From an uncultured bacterium (lineage in GTDB: Bacteria; Muiribacteriota; UBA9980): DNA of 64,000 bases. Of this stretch, positions 31,535 to 42,283 are shown piece after piece. The stretch's first letter is position 1; each line of letters begins with the position of its first letter. A program made the translations under genes and the position numbers. The DNA is taken from contig CAYQWL010000003.1 in the NCBI GenBank assembly GCA_964421195.1, forward strand, positions 74 through 64,073. Reading direction: 5' to 3'. The notes under the pieces are model-generated. The model was given only the letters and a program-made list of their open reading frames with translations, made no database searches and was not told the origin of the DNA.

Positions 31535-31939
31535 TCAAACAGTCCGTTTTAAAAAAGGTATTTTTTTTAGTTCGTCAACGGCCGAATCAAAATCATTGTT
31601 AGCTTTAACGATTTTACGAAGCAGTTTAACAGCGGCCGGCGTTTTATTCATCCACCAGACGATGTCAGATACATCCATATCGTTTTTATCATCTTCTTTA
31701 ATTAATCGAGCATCAAGCCCGCCTTCAAGAAACCAATCGATATCAACGCCAAATTTTCTCTTAAGTGAAATCAAAAGATCGCAACCCGGAGCTTTTTTTC
31801 CCGCTTCAATTTCACAGATAAAACTAACCGAAGTTTCAAGTGCATCAGCAAAACGTTGCTGCGTTAATTTTCTCGTTAATCTGATTTCTTTTAACCGCTC
31901 CCCCAGCCCGATAAGTTCTTCTTTAGATAAACGGCTCAA
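31535..31939 (-). CDS. XRE-family helix-turn-helix transcriptional regulator
   Basis: LKEIRLTRKLTQQRFADALETSVSFICEIEAGKKAP is a canonical Cro/C1-type HTH. Confidence 0.7.
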   Translation of the reverse strand: MSRLSKEELIGLGERLKEIRLTRKLTQQRFADALETSVSFICEIEAGKKAPGCDLLISLKRKFGVDIDWFLEGGLDARLIKEDDKNDMDVSDIVWWMNKTPAAVKLLRKIVKANNDFDSAVDELKKIPFLKRTV

Positions 31940-31967
31940 ATTATTTCCTCATTTTTTAAAATTTTTC

Positions 31968-31996
31968 TTGACATTTTTCTCTTAAGCGAGTAGAAT
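31968..31996 (+). promoter_or_regulatory. candidate sigma70-type promoter (TTGACA - 17 nt - TAGAAT) reading toward the chemotaxis operon
   Basis: TTGACA at 31968-31973 and TAGAAT at 31991-31996, immediately beyond the start of the divergent XRE regulator gene. Confidence 0.35.
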
Positions 31997-32494
31997 AAAA
32001 AAGAAAAACGACAAATAAAAGAAATTAGAAAATATTTTTTTCGCTAAAACGAAAAAAATAAATTCACATCGGCGGCATAAAAACCCAAAAATAACTACCC
32101 GCTAAAAATTATTTTTCATGCGTCCGAATGGTTATTTTTTATTTTTGAAAAATACTATACCATAATTCATTCAATAAATAAAGTAAATTATTGTAAAAAT
32201 TGAAAAACGACGCGCTTTATGAAGAAATTTTCACTCTCTATATTATAAATTACAGCTACATTAAATAAACGAAAAAAAATTATTCCAGACCGTCTTTAAA
32301 AAGTATTAAAAATACGTTATTTTTTTACATAAATCAGCCTTTTTTTACTCTTTAAAAACAAATCGATTATATTTTTATTCCAGACGATTATAAATCATTT
32401 ATAAACCTACGGTAAAAGATTAAAATCAGAACGGCAAAACGGCATTTTTAACTTAATAAATAAGCGAATACAGACGAAAAGAGGCAGCTGCATA

Positions 32495-32941
32495 ATGAAT
32501 AATATTATAAATAACGAAAAAAGAAAATTAATATCTGAAAACATCAATACCGGCAATAAACTTTTAAATGATATAGAATCTTCGGAAATCGCCGGCGAAG
32601 AAAACTACATTTCATACAATAAAACAACCCCTGAAGTTTTAAATGCTATTTTTAGAATTTTTTATGCCGTCAAAGGTACGGCTTTTTTTATCGATTCACA
32701 AACGATTACCAATATAACCTATGAAACCAAAATTCTTCTCGCTATTTTTAAAAAAGAAAAAATCGTTCTTTGCTCCGAACATTTATCCCTTCTTTATCGA
32801 ACGAGCGATTTCATTAAAAACATTCTTAACATCATAGAAAAACAACTCATTAAAAAAACAACTCTTGTTTGTGATCACGCCGCTAAAATAAATAACGACA
32901 TACTTCATTTTTGTACTGAACCGTCCAAAAATGAACCATAA
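32495..32941 (+). CDS. stand-alone degenerate Hpt (CheA P1-like) domain protein; phospho-acceptor His replaced by Tyr
   Basis: 148 aa paralog of CheA residues 1-130 in this window. It has EVLNAIFRIFYAVKGTAFF where CheA has EILNTIFRLFHTLKGTASF, giving Tyr57 (codon 32663-32665, TAT) at the CheA His57 position. Confidence 0.6.
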   Translation: MNNIINNEKRKLISENINTGNKLLNDIESSEIAGEENYISYNKTTPEVLNAIFRIFYAVKGTAFFIDSQTITNITYETKILLAIFKKEKIVLCSEHLSLLYRTSDFIKNILNIIEKQLIKKTTLVCDHAAKINNDILHFCTEPSKNEP

Positions 32942-33069
32942 CATCCATTAAATGAACCGTTTGGTTCATATTTTTATTGACCGATGTACCATGAAATACA
33001 TAAACATTTCTAATTATTGCATTCCAGCCCGATGGCACATTAATTGCTTTTTAAAATAACGTTTTAATA

Positions 33070-33597
33070 ATGGCCATTGTTAAAAACAGGAGGCTGATTA
33101 AATTGAATATTTTGATAATCGATGATGATCCCGGCTGTCTCGACAGTTTGAGCAGTTCACTACAACTTTATTCACACAACTGCGAAGCGCATACCAACGC
33201 GCTAAACGCTCTTAAAATATACAAAGAAAATCATTCAAAGTACGATCTCGTTATTACCGACATGAAAATGCCTGCCATAAGCGGGATTGAAGTTTTAAAA
33301 AGGGCGCTTGAAATAAACCGCAACGCAAAAGTAATTATTATCACGGCTTACGGTGACGTAGAAACGGCTATTTCCGCCGTCAACAATCACGCTTATGCAT
33401 TTTTTGGAAAACCGATTAATTTTCAAGAATTACTCGAAACAATCGAAAAAATCGAAAATGAAAACTCGATCAAAAAATTACCGGAAGAAGAACTGAAAAA
33501 AATAATCGACGAATACGCTAAATTGAAAAAAGCCTATGAAGAACTTCGGTCGTTGTTAAGTAAAAAAAATAACGACGGGGAGGGCAATAAGAAATGA
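33070..33597 (+). CDS. single-domain response regulator (CheY-like receiver) with C-terminal coiled coil
   Basis: The REC residues are intact: IIDDDP, VITDMKMP (phospho-Asp), IITAYG (Thr) and FFGKP (Lys). A 45 aa charged C-terminal helix follows. The stop overlaps the cheA ATG (ATGA). Confidence 0.8.
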   Translation: MAIVKNRRLIKLNILIIDDDPGCLDSLSSSLQLYSHNCEAHTNALNALKIYKENHSKYDLVITDMKMPAISGIEVLKRALEINRNAKVIIITAYGDVETAISAVNNHAYAFFGKPINFQELLETIEKIENENSIKKLPEEELKKIIDEYAKLKKAYEELRSLLSKKNNDGEGNKK

Positions 33598-35891
33598 GTA
33601 GTATAATAAATGACGAAAAAATGGAATTCATTGCTGAATTTGTAAATTCAAGCCGTGAACTTCTCGACGATGTAGAACCGCAAATAATCGCTTTAGAAAA
33701 AAGTTCCAATGCATACGGCGAGGTAGATCCGGAAATTTTAAACACTATTTTCAGATTATTTCACACATTAAAAGGCACCGCTTCTTTCGTCGATTTACAA
33801 ACTATAACAAGCGTAACTCACGAAGCTGAAACACTTCTCGACATCTTCAGAAAAGAAAAAATCAGCCTTCGCACCGAGCATATCGATCTGCTCTGCCGCA
33901 CAAATGATTTCATCCGTAACATTCTCGATACGGTCGAGCGCCAGCTCGACGATAAAGGATTCGAAAGCATTGCCACGCAAATCGTAGGAGATTTAAAAAG
34001 CACCATAGCCGCAGTTTCTTCCGAAAACACGCCTCAAAATTTATCTCCAAATAATTTCAGCGGCGCATCTACATTAAAAGCTTCCAACGCGGACGGCGAA
34101 ACTTTTCAAAACGCGCCAGACGGCGATAAAACAGCCGAAGAATTCGAGGAAGAGCTTAAATTAATTATTTCACCAGAAATGAAAACGCGCTTTACTCAAG
34201 AAACCGGGGAATTATGTGAAGAAGCCGAAATGATGCTTCTTGCTTTTGAAAGAGTGCCCGACAATCTTGAACTTGCCGCCAACGCATTCAGAGCTCTTCA
34301 CAGTATTAAAGGAAACGCAGGATTTTTTGGCTTCGTAGAACTTGAAAAAATCAGTCATGCCACTGAAAATATACTTGACTCTCTCAGAAACGCATCACGC
34401 AAACCCGACAAAAACTTAATGTCCGTAATATTAACAGCCATAGATTATTTAAGAAATGGCGCAAAAAAAATCAACGAAGGGCTTCGTATAAATGAATCCG
34501 AAACTACCAATTTATTATCATCTCTTGAATCTCTTAACCCTTCAAATCCGGACAACGGCAAATCAAATACCGAAACTATCGCAACGCAGGACGGCATAAA
34601 TAATATCGGAAATACCGGAAACGATTTAAAAATCGAAAAAACGGAAACTGCGCCAAATGAAGAAACCGCGCGCGACGCTTCAAAAAATTCCGTCCCGGCT
34701 TCATCAGTACCACAAACATCGCAATATATTCGTATCGACACCGATAAACTCGATTCTCTTCTCGATCTCGTGGGCGAAATGGTAATCGCCGAATCGATGG
34801 TAGCTAACTGTCCGGAATTAAAAGGATTTCAGCTTGAAAAATTTGAAAAGGCAATACACCATTTAAATAAAATCACCCGTGATATTCAGGAAACCGCTCT
34901 TGCCATGAGAATGATACCATTATCATCTACTTTCCATAAAATGGAAAGGCTCGTACGCGACCTATCGAATAAATTCAATAAAAAAATTAAACTCGAAATC
35001 GCAGGTGAAGAAACCGAAGTAGATAAAACTATAATCGAACAAATATCCGATCCTCTTGTTCATATAATCCGCAATTCCATCGACCACGGACTCGAATCAA
35101 ACGAAGAACGCATAAAATCGGGCAAACCCGCCGCGGGAACCATAAAAATCGAAGCCCGCCACTCCGCCGGAGAAGTCTGGATTATTATCGAAGATGACGG
35201 ACGCGGACTCGACCGGGATAAAATAATTAAAAAAGCGATAGAAAATTCACTTATTAAAAGCGACGGTTCAGATCTTAAAGACGAAGAAATATGGAAACTA
35301 ATATTCGAACCGGGCTTTTCAACCGCCGAAAAAGTATCGAATATTTCGGGACGCGGCGTCGGAATGGACGTAGTAAAACGAAATATAGAAAAACTTCGCG
35401 GCAGAGTAGATATCAGAACTCAAAAAAACGCCGGAACCATTATAATTTTAAGAATACCGCTCACGCTGGCTATAATCGACGGAATGGAAATAGCCGTAGG
35501 CAAAGCGCGTTATATAATTCCCATAAATTCGATAAGACAATCATTTAAAACAGTCCAAAATAAAATATCGCATACACCCGATGGTAATGAAATAGTCAAT
35601 GTACGCGGCGAACTGCTTCCCGTAATCAGACTTCATAAAATGTATGATATAGTTCCGCTTTACACTAAACTCGAAGACGGACTTTTAATAATAGTCGAAA
35701 ACAACGAACAAAAATGCTGCCTTTTCGTCGATGAATTAATCGGACAACAGCAGATAGTAATTAAAGGGCTTTCTAACTATCTTGGAAGAGTGCGGGGCGT
35801 TTCCGGCTGCGCTATAATGGGCGACGGCGAAATAAGCCTGATCCTCGATATAGGCGATCTTATAAGCAGCATCGAAACGGCGGCAATATAA
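33594..35891 (+). CDS. cheA: chemotaxis histidine kinase CheA with two N-terminal Hpt domains
   Basis: Hpt-1 carries FRLFHTLKG. Hpt-2 carries FRALHSIKGNAGFFGF, close to the E. coli P1 motif. A Ser/Asn/Thr-rich linker follows, then P3 (IRIDTDKLDSLLDLVGEMVI), an HATPase_c domain (IRNSIDHGLE...GRGVGMDVV) and a CheW-like P5 domain. Confidence 0.9.
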   Translation: MSSIINDEKMEFIAEFVNSSRELLDDVEPQIIALEKSSNAYGEVDPEILNTIFRLFHTLKGTASFVDLQTITSVTHEAETLLDIFRKEKISLRTEHIDLLCRTNDFIRNILDTVERQLDDKGFESIATQIVGDLKSTIAAVSSENTPQNLSPNNFSGASTLKASNADGETFQNAPDGDKTAEEFEEELKLIISPEMKTRFTQETGELCEEAEMMLLAFERVPDNLELAANAFRALHSIKGNAGFFGFVELEKISHATENILDSLRNASRKPDKNLMSVILTAIDYLRNGAKKINEGLRINESETTNLLSSLESLNPSNPDNGKSNTETIATQDGINNIGNTGNDLKIEKTETAPNEETARDASKNSVPASSVPQTSQYIRIDTDKLDSLLDLVGEMVIAESMVANCPELKGFQLEKFEKAIHHLNKITRDIQETALAMRMIPLSSTFHKMERLVRDLSNKFNKKIKLEIAGEETEVDKTIIEQISDPLVHIIRNSIDHGLESNEERIKSGKPAAGTIKIEARHSAGEVWIIIEDDGRGLDRDKIIKKAIENSLIKSDGSDLKDEEIWKLIFEPGFSTAEKVSNISGRGVGMDVVKRNIEKLRGRVDIRTQKNAGTIIILRIPLTLAIIDGMEIAVGKARYIIPINSIRQSFKTVQNKISHTPDGNEIVNVRGELLPVIRLHKMYDIVPLYTKLEDGLLIIVENNEQKCCLFVDELIGQQQIVIKGLSNYLGRVRGVSGCAIMGDGEISLILDIGDLISSIETAAI

Positions 35892-36059
35892 TGCACGGTT
35901 GAAATTAATAAAATAACATTTTTATGAATCAATTTAAAAATCAATACTATAAACAATAATAAATTCATTAAATAGCAACGCGATACTTATAAATAAATAA
36001 TTAAATTAAAATTCGTTAAGCCGCCTCTTACCATATTGAGTTTAATTAAACATAACGTA

Positions 36060-36230
36060 CACAAAATATAAAATAGTATAATATTATATAGTATAACATT
36101 ATATAGTATATTTTAATGCACTTTATATTACGGCATATATAGTTTAGTATAATATAGCGTTGTATAATATAGTATAGTGTTGTATAGTGTAGTGTAGTAT
36201 GATTAAAATCAATATTTATTATAGACACAT
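36060..36230. repeat. AT-rich degenerate tandem repeat (TATAGTATA / TGTATAGTG units) upstream of the first MCP gene
   Basis: Reiterated units ...aaatagtataatattatatagtataacattatatagtatatttta...gtataatatagcgttgtataatatagtatagtgttgtatagtgtagtgtagtatg. The ORF-track 60 aa ORF here is translated low-complexity sequence. Confidence 0.5.
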
Positions 36231-36254
36231 TTTTAAAAAAAGAGGTGGAGTTTT

Positions 36255-38753
36255 ATGTTGAGTAATTTTACAATAGGAGCGAAGTTAAGACTCAGTTTTT
36301 TAGTGCTGACCTGCATGTGTATTTTCGTGGGTTATTCGGGTTATAAAGGATTAAGCTACACCACGGCGTCATTGAATAAGATGGCCAGCCAGAATGTACC
36401 TTCAATGGCCGCTATAGCCGATATGAAAGAAGGATTGATGGGCGTTATAGTCGGAGAGCGCGGCCTTATAAACCACAGAATGACGGGCGACGTCAGAACC
36501 GCCCAGTACGCATACATAGAAAAAAACACGGAATTGGTAACGAACGGATTTGAAAATTATAAAAAAATCCCCCGCTCGTCAAATGAAGAAGTTATATTTC
36601 AGGAACTCAGCGCGGGCTGGGAACCCTGGAAAACCGCGAGCAACAAAGTGGTAACGATGTCCCGTGAAAAAGACGCGACGCTCGCGCGCGGCGTAAGCAG
36701 CGAAGACGCCTCTATAAACGATTTCGATCAAAAAGTATTCGACGCATCTCTTGAATCAAAATCTAAATTTTTAGCTCTCGATAATACGCTTAACAAAATA
36801 AAAGCCGAAATAATCAACCGCACCAATAACGATTCTAAATCCGCATCGGAAAACGCGGCGAATAACATTTTAAAAATAATATATGTTATAATCGCGGCTG
36901 TAATTCTGGCGATAATAATCGGCGAAGTTCTTTCGCGCGGCGTAAAATCCATTTTAGACGCGCTTATGAGCGAGACGCGCGCCATAATATCGAGCGCGCT
37001 TAACGGCGATCTTTCAGCCAGAGCAAATGTTTCAAAAATCAACTTTGAATTCAGGCCCATAGCCGAAGGAATCAACAATCTTCTCGAAGCGCTTATAAAA
37101 CCTTTAAACATAGCCGCGGATTATGTCGATAAAATAGCGAAAGGCAACTTACCTGAAAAGATAACCGAAAATTACAACGGCGATTTCAATAAGCTCAAAA
37201 ATAACCTCAATCAGTGTATCGACGCCATAAACGCGCTTATAAAAGACGCCGGTATGCTTGCGTCCGCGGCGGTCAACGGCGATTTCAGCGTAAGGGCTGA
37301 TTCGTCGAAACATCAGGGAGATTACGCGAAAATCATCGACGGAATGAATGAAACCACCGGAGCTTTTGTAGGCGTACTCAACCGCACCATAGAACATCTC
37401 GAAAATATAAGCAAAGGCGCGATCGACGAAAATATTACACGCGAATATAAAGGCGAATTTAACCGCCTGAAAGTTAGTTTTAATAAATGCTTCGAAGCCG
37501 TAAGGCGCCTGACGGCGGATTCAAATATGCTTGTAGAAGCCGCGCTCGACGGTAAATTAGCGACTCGCGCGGACATAACGAAACACGAAGGCGATTTTCA
37601 AAAAATAGTTGACGGAGTAAATAAAACCCTCGACGCGGTAATTAAACCGGTAGAAGAAGCTTCCGGATGCCTGGAACAGATGGCGGCGGGCAACCTCGAC
37701 GTATCCATGAAAGGCGATTATAAAGGCGATCACGCGAAAATTAAAGACGCTTTAAATAAAACCATAGATTCAATGAATGAAATACTATCACAGGTGGCTA
37801 TCGCCGTCGATCAGGTCGATACCGGTTCACGCCAGGTATCCGACGCCAGCCAGTCGCTTTCGCAATCGGCCACCGAATCGGCCAGCTCTATCGAAGAAAT
37901 CAGCGCCACGATGCAGGAAATCAATTCGCAGACCAGACAGAATGCGGAAAACGCTACTCAGGCAAATAAACTTTCAGGCGATGCGCGCAATTCAGCCGAA
38001 GAAGGGAACGATAAAATGCGCGATATGAAAAAAGCCATGGCGGAAATAAACGAAGCGTCGGCGAACGTGGCAAAAATTATTAAAGCCATAGACGAAATAG
38101 CGTTTCAAACCAACCTGCTCGCGCTTAACGCCGCCGTAGAAGCGGCGCGCGCCGGAAAACACGGCAAAGGCTTTACGGTAGTAGCTGAAGAAGTCCGCAA
38201 CCTCGCCCAGCGCAGCGCGAAAGCCGCAAAGGAAACCGCTGAAATGATAGAAGGCTCGATCAAAAAAGCTGAAAATGGCGCTAAAATAGCCGAAGATACG
38301 GCGAAGTCACTCGAAATAATCGTCGCTGGCTCCGCGAAAGTAACCGATTTAATAGGTGAAATAGCCGCCGCGGCCCGCGAACAGGAAAAAGCCGTAACGC
38401 AGGTAAATCAGGGACTCACGCAAATCGATCAGGTAACCCAGCAAAATACCGCTACGGCGGAAGAAGCCGCTGCCGCTTCAGAAGAATTATCAAGCCAGGC
38501 AGCCGAGTTAAAAGGAATGCTCGCTAAATTCTCGCTCAAAAAATCCGCTTCGACGGTAAATGCGTACGTAGCCAAACAACCGGCAGCGGCTAATTCACAG
38601 CGCGCCATCATTAAACAGATAGCACATAAACCCGAAAAAAACAAACCGGCCGCAAAAATGCCCACGGCAGCCCCGGCCGATAACCGCAAAAAAGAAAAAA
38701 TAAACCCTGAAGATGTAATTTCATTAGACGATAACGAATTTGGAAAATTTTAA
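36255..38753 (+). CDS. methyl-accepting chemotaxis protein (4-helix-bundle-like periplasmic domain, poly-HAMP array)
   Basis: Two TM segments flank a ~170 aa periplasmic domain. Repeated HAMP-like units follow (NGDxSxRA motifs). The MA domain carries the highly conserved [41 protein letters not shown] core. Confidence 0.9.
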   Translation: MLSNFTIGAKLRLSFLVLTCMCIFVGYSGYKGLSYTTASLNKMASQNVPSMAAIADMKEGLMGVIVGERGLINHRMTGDVRTAQYAYIEKNTELVTNGFENYKKIPRSSNEEVIFQELSAGWEPWKTASNKVVTMSREKDATLARGVSSEDASINDFDQKVFDASLESKSKFLALDNTLNKIKAEIINRTNNDSKSASENAANNILKIIYVIIAAVILAIIIGEVLSRGVKSILDALMSETRAIISSALNGDLSARANVSKINFEFRPIAEGINNLLEALIKPLNIAADYVDKIAKGNLPEKITENYNGDFNKLKNNLNQCIDAINALIKDAGMLASAAVNGDFSVRADSSKHQGDYAKIIDGMNETTGAFVGVLNRTIEHLENISKGAIDENITREYKGEFNRLKVSFNKCFEAVRRLTADSNMLVEAALDGKLATRADITKHEGDFQKIVDGVNKTLDAVIKPVEEASGCLEQMAAGNLDVSMKGDYKGDHAKIKDALNKTIDSMNEILSQVAIAVDQVDTGSRQVSDASQSLSQSATESASSIEEISATMQEINSQTRQNAENATQANKLSGDARNSAEEGNDKMRDMKKAMAEINEASANVAKIIKAIDEIAFQTNLLALNAAVEAARAGKHGKGFTVVAEEVRNLAQRSAKAAKETAEMIEGSIKKAENGAKIAEDTAKSLEIIVAGSAKVTDLIGEIAAAAREQEKAVTQVNQGLTQIDQVTQQNTATAEEAAAASEELSSQAAELKGMLAKFSLKKSASTVNAYVAKQPAAANSQRAIIKQIAHKPEKNKPAAKMPTAAPADNRKKEKINPEDVISLDDNEFGKF

Positions 38754-38770
38754 TGAACGGAGGTTAAATT

Positions 38771-39292
38771 ATGTCAATAAACGATAAAATCAAAAACAAT
38801 AATACGATGCTCGATGATGATATGGATGAAGAAATGGAAGACACTCAGGAAGACAAGTATTTAACTTTCGTTCTTAACCGCGAAGAATATGGCATTGAAA
38901 TCAAGCATGTAATCGAAATAATCGGAATTCAAAACATTACAAGTATTCCGGATATGCCTCACTATATAAAAGGCGTCATTAACCTTCGCGGAAAAGTAAT
39001 ACCGGTAATGGACGTGCGCATGCGTTTTAATATCAGCGAACAGGCCTATAACGAACGTACCTGCATAATAGTCATAACCGTCAGCGAACAGCTTGTCGGC
39101 CTTATAGTCGATGAAGTTTCCGAAGTGCTCGATATTCCCAAAACCAGCGTCGAACCCTCGCCAAAAGTTAATAAAGGCGAAGGAAGCAAATTCGTTCAGG
39201 GAATGGGAAAAATAGGCGACGCCGTTAAAATACTGCTCAACGTAGATAAACTTTTATTCGAAGAAGACCTCGAAAAAATAGCGGCGTTGTAA
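38771..39292 (+). CDS. cheW: chemotaxis coupling protein CheW
   Basis: 173 aa single CheW domain (YLTFVLNREEYGIEIKHVIEII...GVINLRGKVIPVMDVR). Confidence 0.85.
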   Translation: MSINDKIKNNNTMLDDDMDEEMEDTQEDKYLTFVLNREEYGIEIKHVIEIIGIQNITSIPDMPHYIKGVINLRGKVIPVMDVRMRFNISEQAYNERTCIIVITVSEQLVGLIVDEVSEVLDIPKTSVEPSPKVNKGEGSKFVQGMGKIGDAVKILLNVDKLLFEEDLEKIAAL

Positions 39293-39332
39293 ACCGGAAT
39301 CATTCATAATAAAAAATAGCGAGAGGTGAAAT

Positions 39333-42248
39333 ATGTTAAAAACGATAAAATCTAAAATAATTTTCGCGGGAATTTTAGCCGTCATAATACCCGTAGTTTT
39401 TATATTGACGCTCGTCAATAAAGAAAAAACGGAAATATCCACGACCGTAATAAACGAAGCGGCCAAACAGCTTAACGATCACATGCGAAGCGTAGCGCTG
39501 GACGCTTATTCATTATGTGAAAGTCAGCAGGAACTTCTTGAAAAAGTTATGCGCGCTAATATGAACGTACTTTTAGATAAAATCGAAACGCACGGCGGCC
39601 TCTCGCTCACGTCAAATACGGCGGAATGGCGTGCCGTAAATCAGGATAACCTTACGGAAACAATTACCGTCCTTCCCGAAATGAAATACGGAAAAACCGA
39701 AAACGGCTGGCTCGATCAAAGCGATCCGGCGAACGCCGGTTCGATAATTAAATCAAATTACGAACCCGGCGTTCCCACCGAAGTTATAGACGAAGTCGCG
39801 AACCTTGTCGGAGGCACCTGCACAATATTTCAGCGTATGAACGAAGCTGGCGACATGCTTCGAATAGCGACGAACGTTTTAACTAAAGACGGCAAACGCG
39901 CCATAGGCACATATATACCGGCCGTTAACGCATCCGGCGTCAAAAACATTATAATACAAAACATTCTCGCGTCAAAACCATATTCAGGAAGAGCGTTCGT
40001 CGTAAATGCCTGGTATGCGGCAAATTATACGCCCATCAAAGATCATACCGGTAAAATTATCGGCATGGCCTATGTGGGAGTAAAGCAGGAATCGGTCGAA
40101 AGCCTTAGAAAAGCCGTAATGGACATAAAAATAGGCGAAAGCGGATACGTATTCGTTCTGGGCGGCAGCGGCTCGCACATGGGAAACTACATAATATCAT
40201 ATAAAGGCGCGGCGGACGGGAAAAATATTTACGATACGAAAGATCCGTCCGGCCGCCAGGTCATCAAAGAAATGATAGAACTTTCTAAAAACGCGAACGG
40301 CAAGCCTGTATTTTATCAATACCAATGGCAAAACAAAGGCGAAGCCGCGCCGCGCCTTAAAATGGCTTCGGTCGTCTATTTTGAAAAATGGGACTGGGTA
40401 ATCGGCGCAAGCGCATATCTCGACGAATTCACCCGAACTACGGACATAATTAACGGCAATATAGATAAACTATTCGTTCATTCGATTTACGCGGCTTTAT
40501 TCTCGTTAATCCTCGCGCTTATACTGACCGTCACAATCGGCAACGGCGTCGGAAAAAATATCGCCGCGATATTATCTACCATAAAAAATCTTACCGACAA
40601 TATAGCCGCCGGAAAACTCGCCATACGCGGCGACAAAAATTCAGTCACCGATGAATTCGCGCCCGTCGTCGAAGGAGTAAACCGCGTTATGGACGCGTAT
40701 AAAAAACCCGTAGAACTCGCCGTAAGCTATATAAGCAGCGTATCTCAGGGTGTTTTACCCGAAAAAATATCCGAAACATATCACGGCGATTTTAATAAAA
40801 TTAAAGACAGCCTTAACAATTTAATCGATACTCTCGGCGATTTCTCGTCTCAGATGAAAAACATATTTAAAGACCATAGCGCGGGCGAAATCGACGTTAA
40901 ATTAAACCTTGATAAGTTTAAAGGCATTTATCTCGATATCGGCGAAAGCGTTTCTAAAACGATTAACTATCATATAAGCGCAATGCTGAAAGTGCTTTCT
41001 ATAATCGAAGAATACGGCGTAAAAGGCGATTTTGCCAGAAACCTCGAAAAATTTCCGGGTAAACAGATCATCGCCAATCAAATGGTTGACGCGCTTAAAG
41101 ACAATTTGAAAAACGTTATCGCCGAAACAAAAATGCTCGCCGCGGCCGGCATCGAAGGAAGGCTTAAAATCAGAGGCGACGCTTCCAGATTCGTGGGCGA
41201 TTACAGCGAAATAATAAAAGGCATTAACCACACGCTCGATTCGGTTATTAAACCCGTAGAAGAAGCCACAAAAACTCTCGAAGCTATGGCGCGCGGAGAT
41301 TTAAGCGTCGAAATGAAAGGTAATTACGCCGGAGACCACGCTATATTGAAAAATTCACTTAACGCGACCCTCGATTCAATGAATGATATAATCGCGCAGG
41401 TTCTTATAGCCGCCGATCAGGTCGAATCAGGATCTACACAGGTAGCCGATGCAAGCCAATCGCTCTCGCAGGCCGCCACGGAACAGGCAAGCTCGCTCGA
41501 AGAAATAAGCGCCACCATGCAGCAAATCAATTCTCAGGCCGGACGTAATGAACAAAGCGCGGGACAGGCTTCCTCGCTCGCCGTCGAAACAAGAAAATCA
41601 GCCGAGGAAGGCAATATGAAAATGGCGAATATGCAAAAAGCCATGGCCGAAATCAACGAAGCTTCGGCAAGCGTCGCTAAAATAATAAAAGCTATCGACG
41701 AAATAGCTTTTCAAACCAACCTTCTCGCCCTCAACGCCGCGGTAGAAGCCGCCCGCGCCGGCAAGCACGGAAAAGGCTTTACCGTCGTGGCCGAAGAAGT
41801 GCGTAATCTCGCGCAGCGCAGCGCAAAAGCGGCTAAAGAAACCGCTGAAATGATAGAAGGCTCCATCACGAAAGCCGAAGCGGGCTCTAAAATCGCCGAA
41901 GACACATCGAAATCGCTCGCCGAAATAAATAACAGCGTAACTAAAGTAACCGATTTAATAGGCGAAATAGCCGCGGCCTCAAAAGAACAAACTACAGGCA
42001 CTGTGCAGGTAAATCAGGGGCTTACTCAAATTGATCAGGTAACTCAGCAAAACACCGCGACAGCGGAAGAAGCGGCTGCCGCTTCGGAAGAGCTTTCAAG
42101 CCAGGCGCGCGAACTTAAAGGCATGCTTACTAAATTCAAATTAAAAAACAAAACTGACGGCGGAAAGACTTATAACGCCTATTTAAAAACCGACACTATA
42201 AACCATAAAAATAATAAAAATAAAAATAAACCTGAAATGTTAAAATAA
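39333..42248 (+). CDS. methyl-accepting chemotaxis protein with Cache-type periplasmic sensor and poly-HAMP array
   Basis: N-terminal TM, then a ~350 aa periplasmic region with a Cache-like fold (GTYIPAV...[28 protein letters not shown]). A TM segment, HAMP repeats and an MA domain follow. The MA core is identical to that of the first MCP. Confidence 0.9.
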   Translation: MLKTIKSKIIFAGILAVIIPVVFILTLVNKEKTEISTTVINEAAKQLNDHMRSVALDAYSLCESQQELLEKVMRANMNVLLDKIETHGGLSLTSNTAEWRAVNQDNLTETITVLPEMKYGKTENGWLDQSDPANAGSIIKSNYEPGVPTEVIDEVANLVGGTCTIFQRMNEAGDMLRIATNVLTKDGKRAIGTYIPAVNASGVKNIIIQNILASKPYSGRAFVVNAWYAANYTPIKDHTGKIIGMAYVGVKQESVESLRKAVMDIKIGESGYVFVLGGSGSHMGNYIISYKGAADGKNIYDTKDPSGRQVIKEMIELSKNANGKPVFYQYQWQNKGEAAPRLKMASVVYFEKWDWVIGASAYLDEFTRTTDIINGNIDKLFVHSIYAALFSLILALILTVTIGNGVGKNIAAILSTIKNLTDNIAAGKLAIRGDKNSVTDEFAPVVEGVNRVMDAYKKPVELAVSYISSVSQGVLPEKISETYHGDFNKIKDSLNNLIDTLGDFSSQMKNIFKDHSAGEIDVKLNLDKFKGIYLDIGESVSKTINYHISAMLKVLSIIEEYGVKGDFARNLEKFPGKQIIANQMVDALKDNLKNVIAETKMLAAAGIEGRLKIRGDASRFVGDYSEIIKGINHTLDSVIKPVEEATKTLEAMARGDLSVEMKGNYAGDHAILKNSLNATLDSMNDIIAQVLIAADQVESGSTQVADASQSLSQAATEQASSLEEISATMQQINSQAGRNEQSAGQASSLAVETRKSAEEGNMKMANMQKAMAEINEASASVAKIIKAIDEIAFQTNLLALNAAVEAARAGKHGKGFTVVAEEVRNLAQRSAKAAKETAEMIEGSITKAEAGSKIAEDTSKSLAEINNSVTKVTDLIGEIAAASKEQTTGTVQVNQGLTQIDQVTQQNTATAEEAAAASEELSSQARELKGMLTKFKLKNKTDGGKTYNAYLKTDTINHKNNKNKNKPEMLK

Positions 42249-42283
42249 AAACTTGACTATTATAGTAACGATGGTGGTATAAT

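Noticed and set aside
31509-31985. 158 aa + strand ORF overlapping the XRE regulator gene
   Set aside because: It is antisense to an ORF with a clear Cro/C1 HTH signature. Its own translation is a Ser/Leu-rich low-complexity sequence with no recognisable domain.
33594-35891. Possibility that the two Hpt domains of CheA reflect an assembly duplication
   Set aside because: Hpt-1 and Hpt-2 are highly diverged from each other (FRLFHTLKGTASF vs FRALHSIKGNAGFFGF) and separated by a unique linker, so this is not a tandem assembly artefact.
36046-36228. 60 aa ORF (minus strand) in the ORF track
   Set aside because: It lies entirely within the AT-rich degenerate tandem repeat. The translated sequence is low-complexity (Y/I/L-rich) with no RBS context. 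It is treated as a repeat, not a gene.
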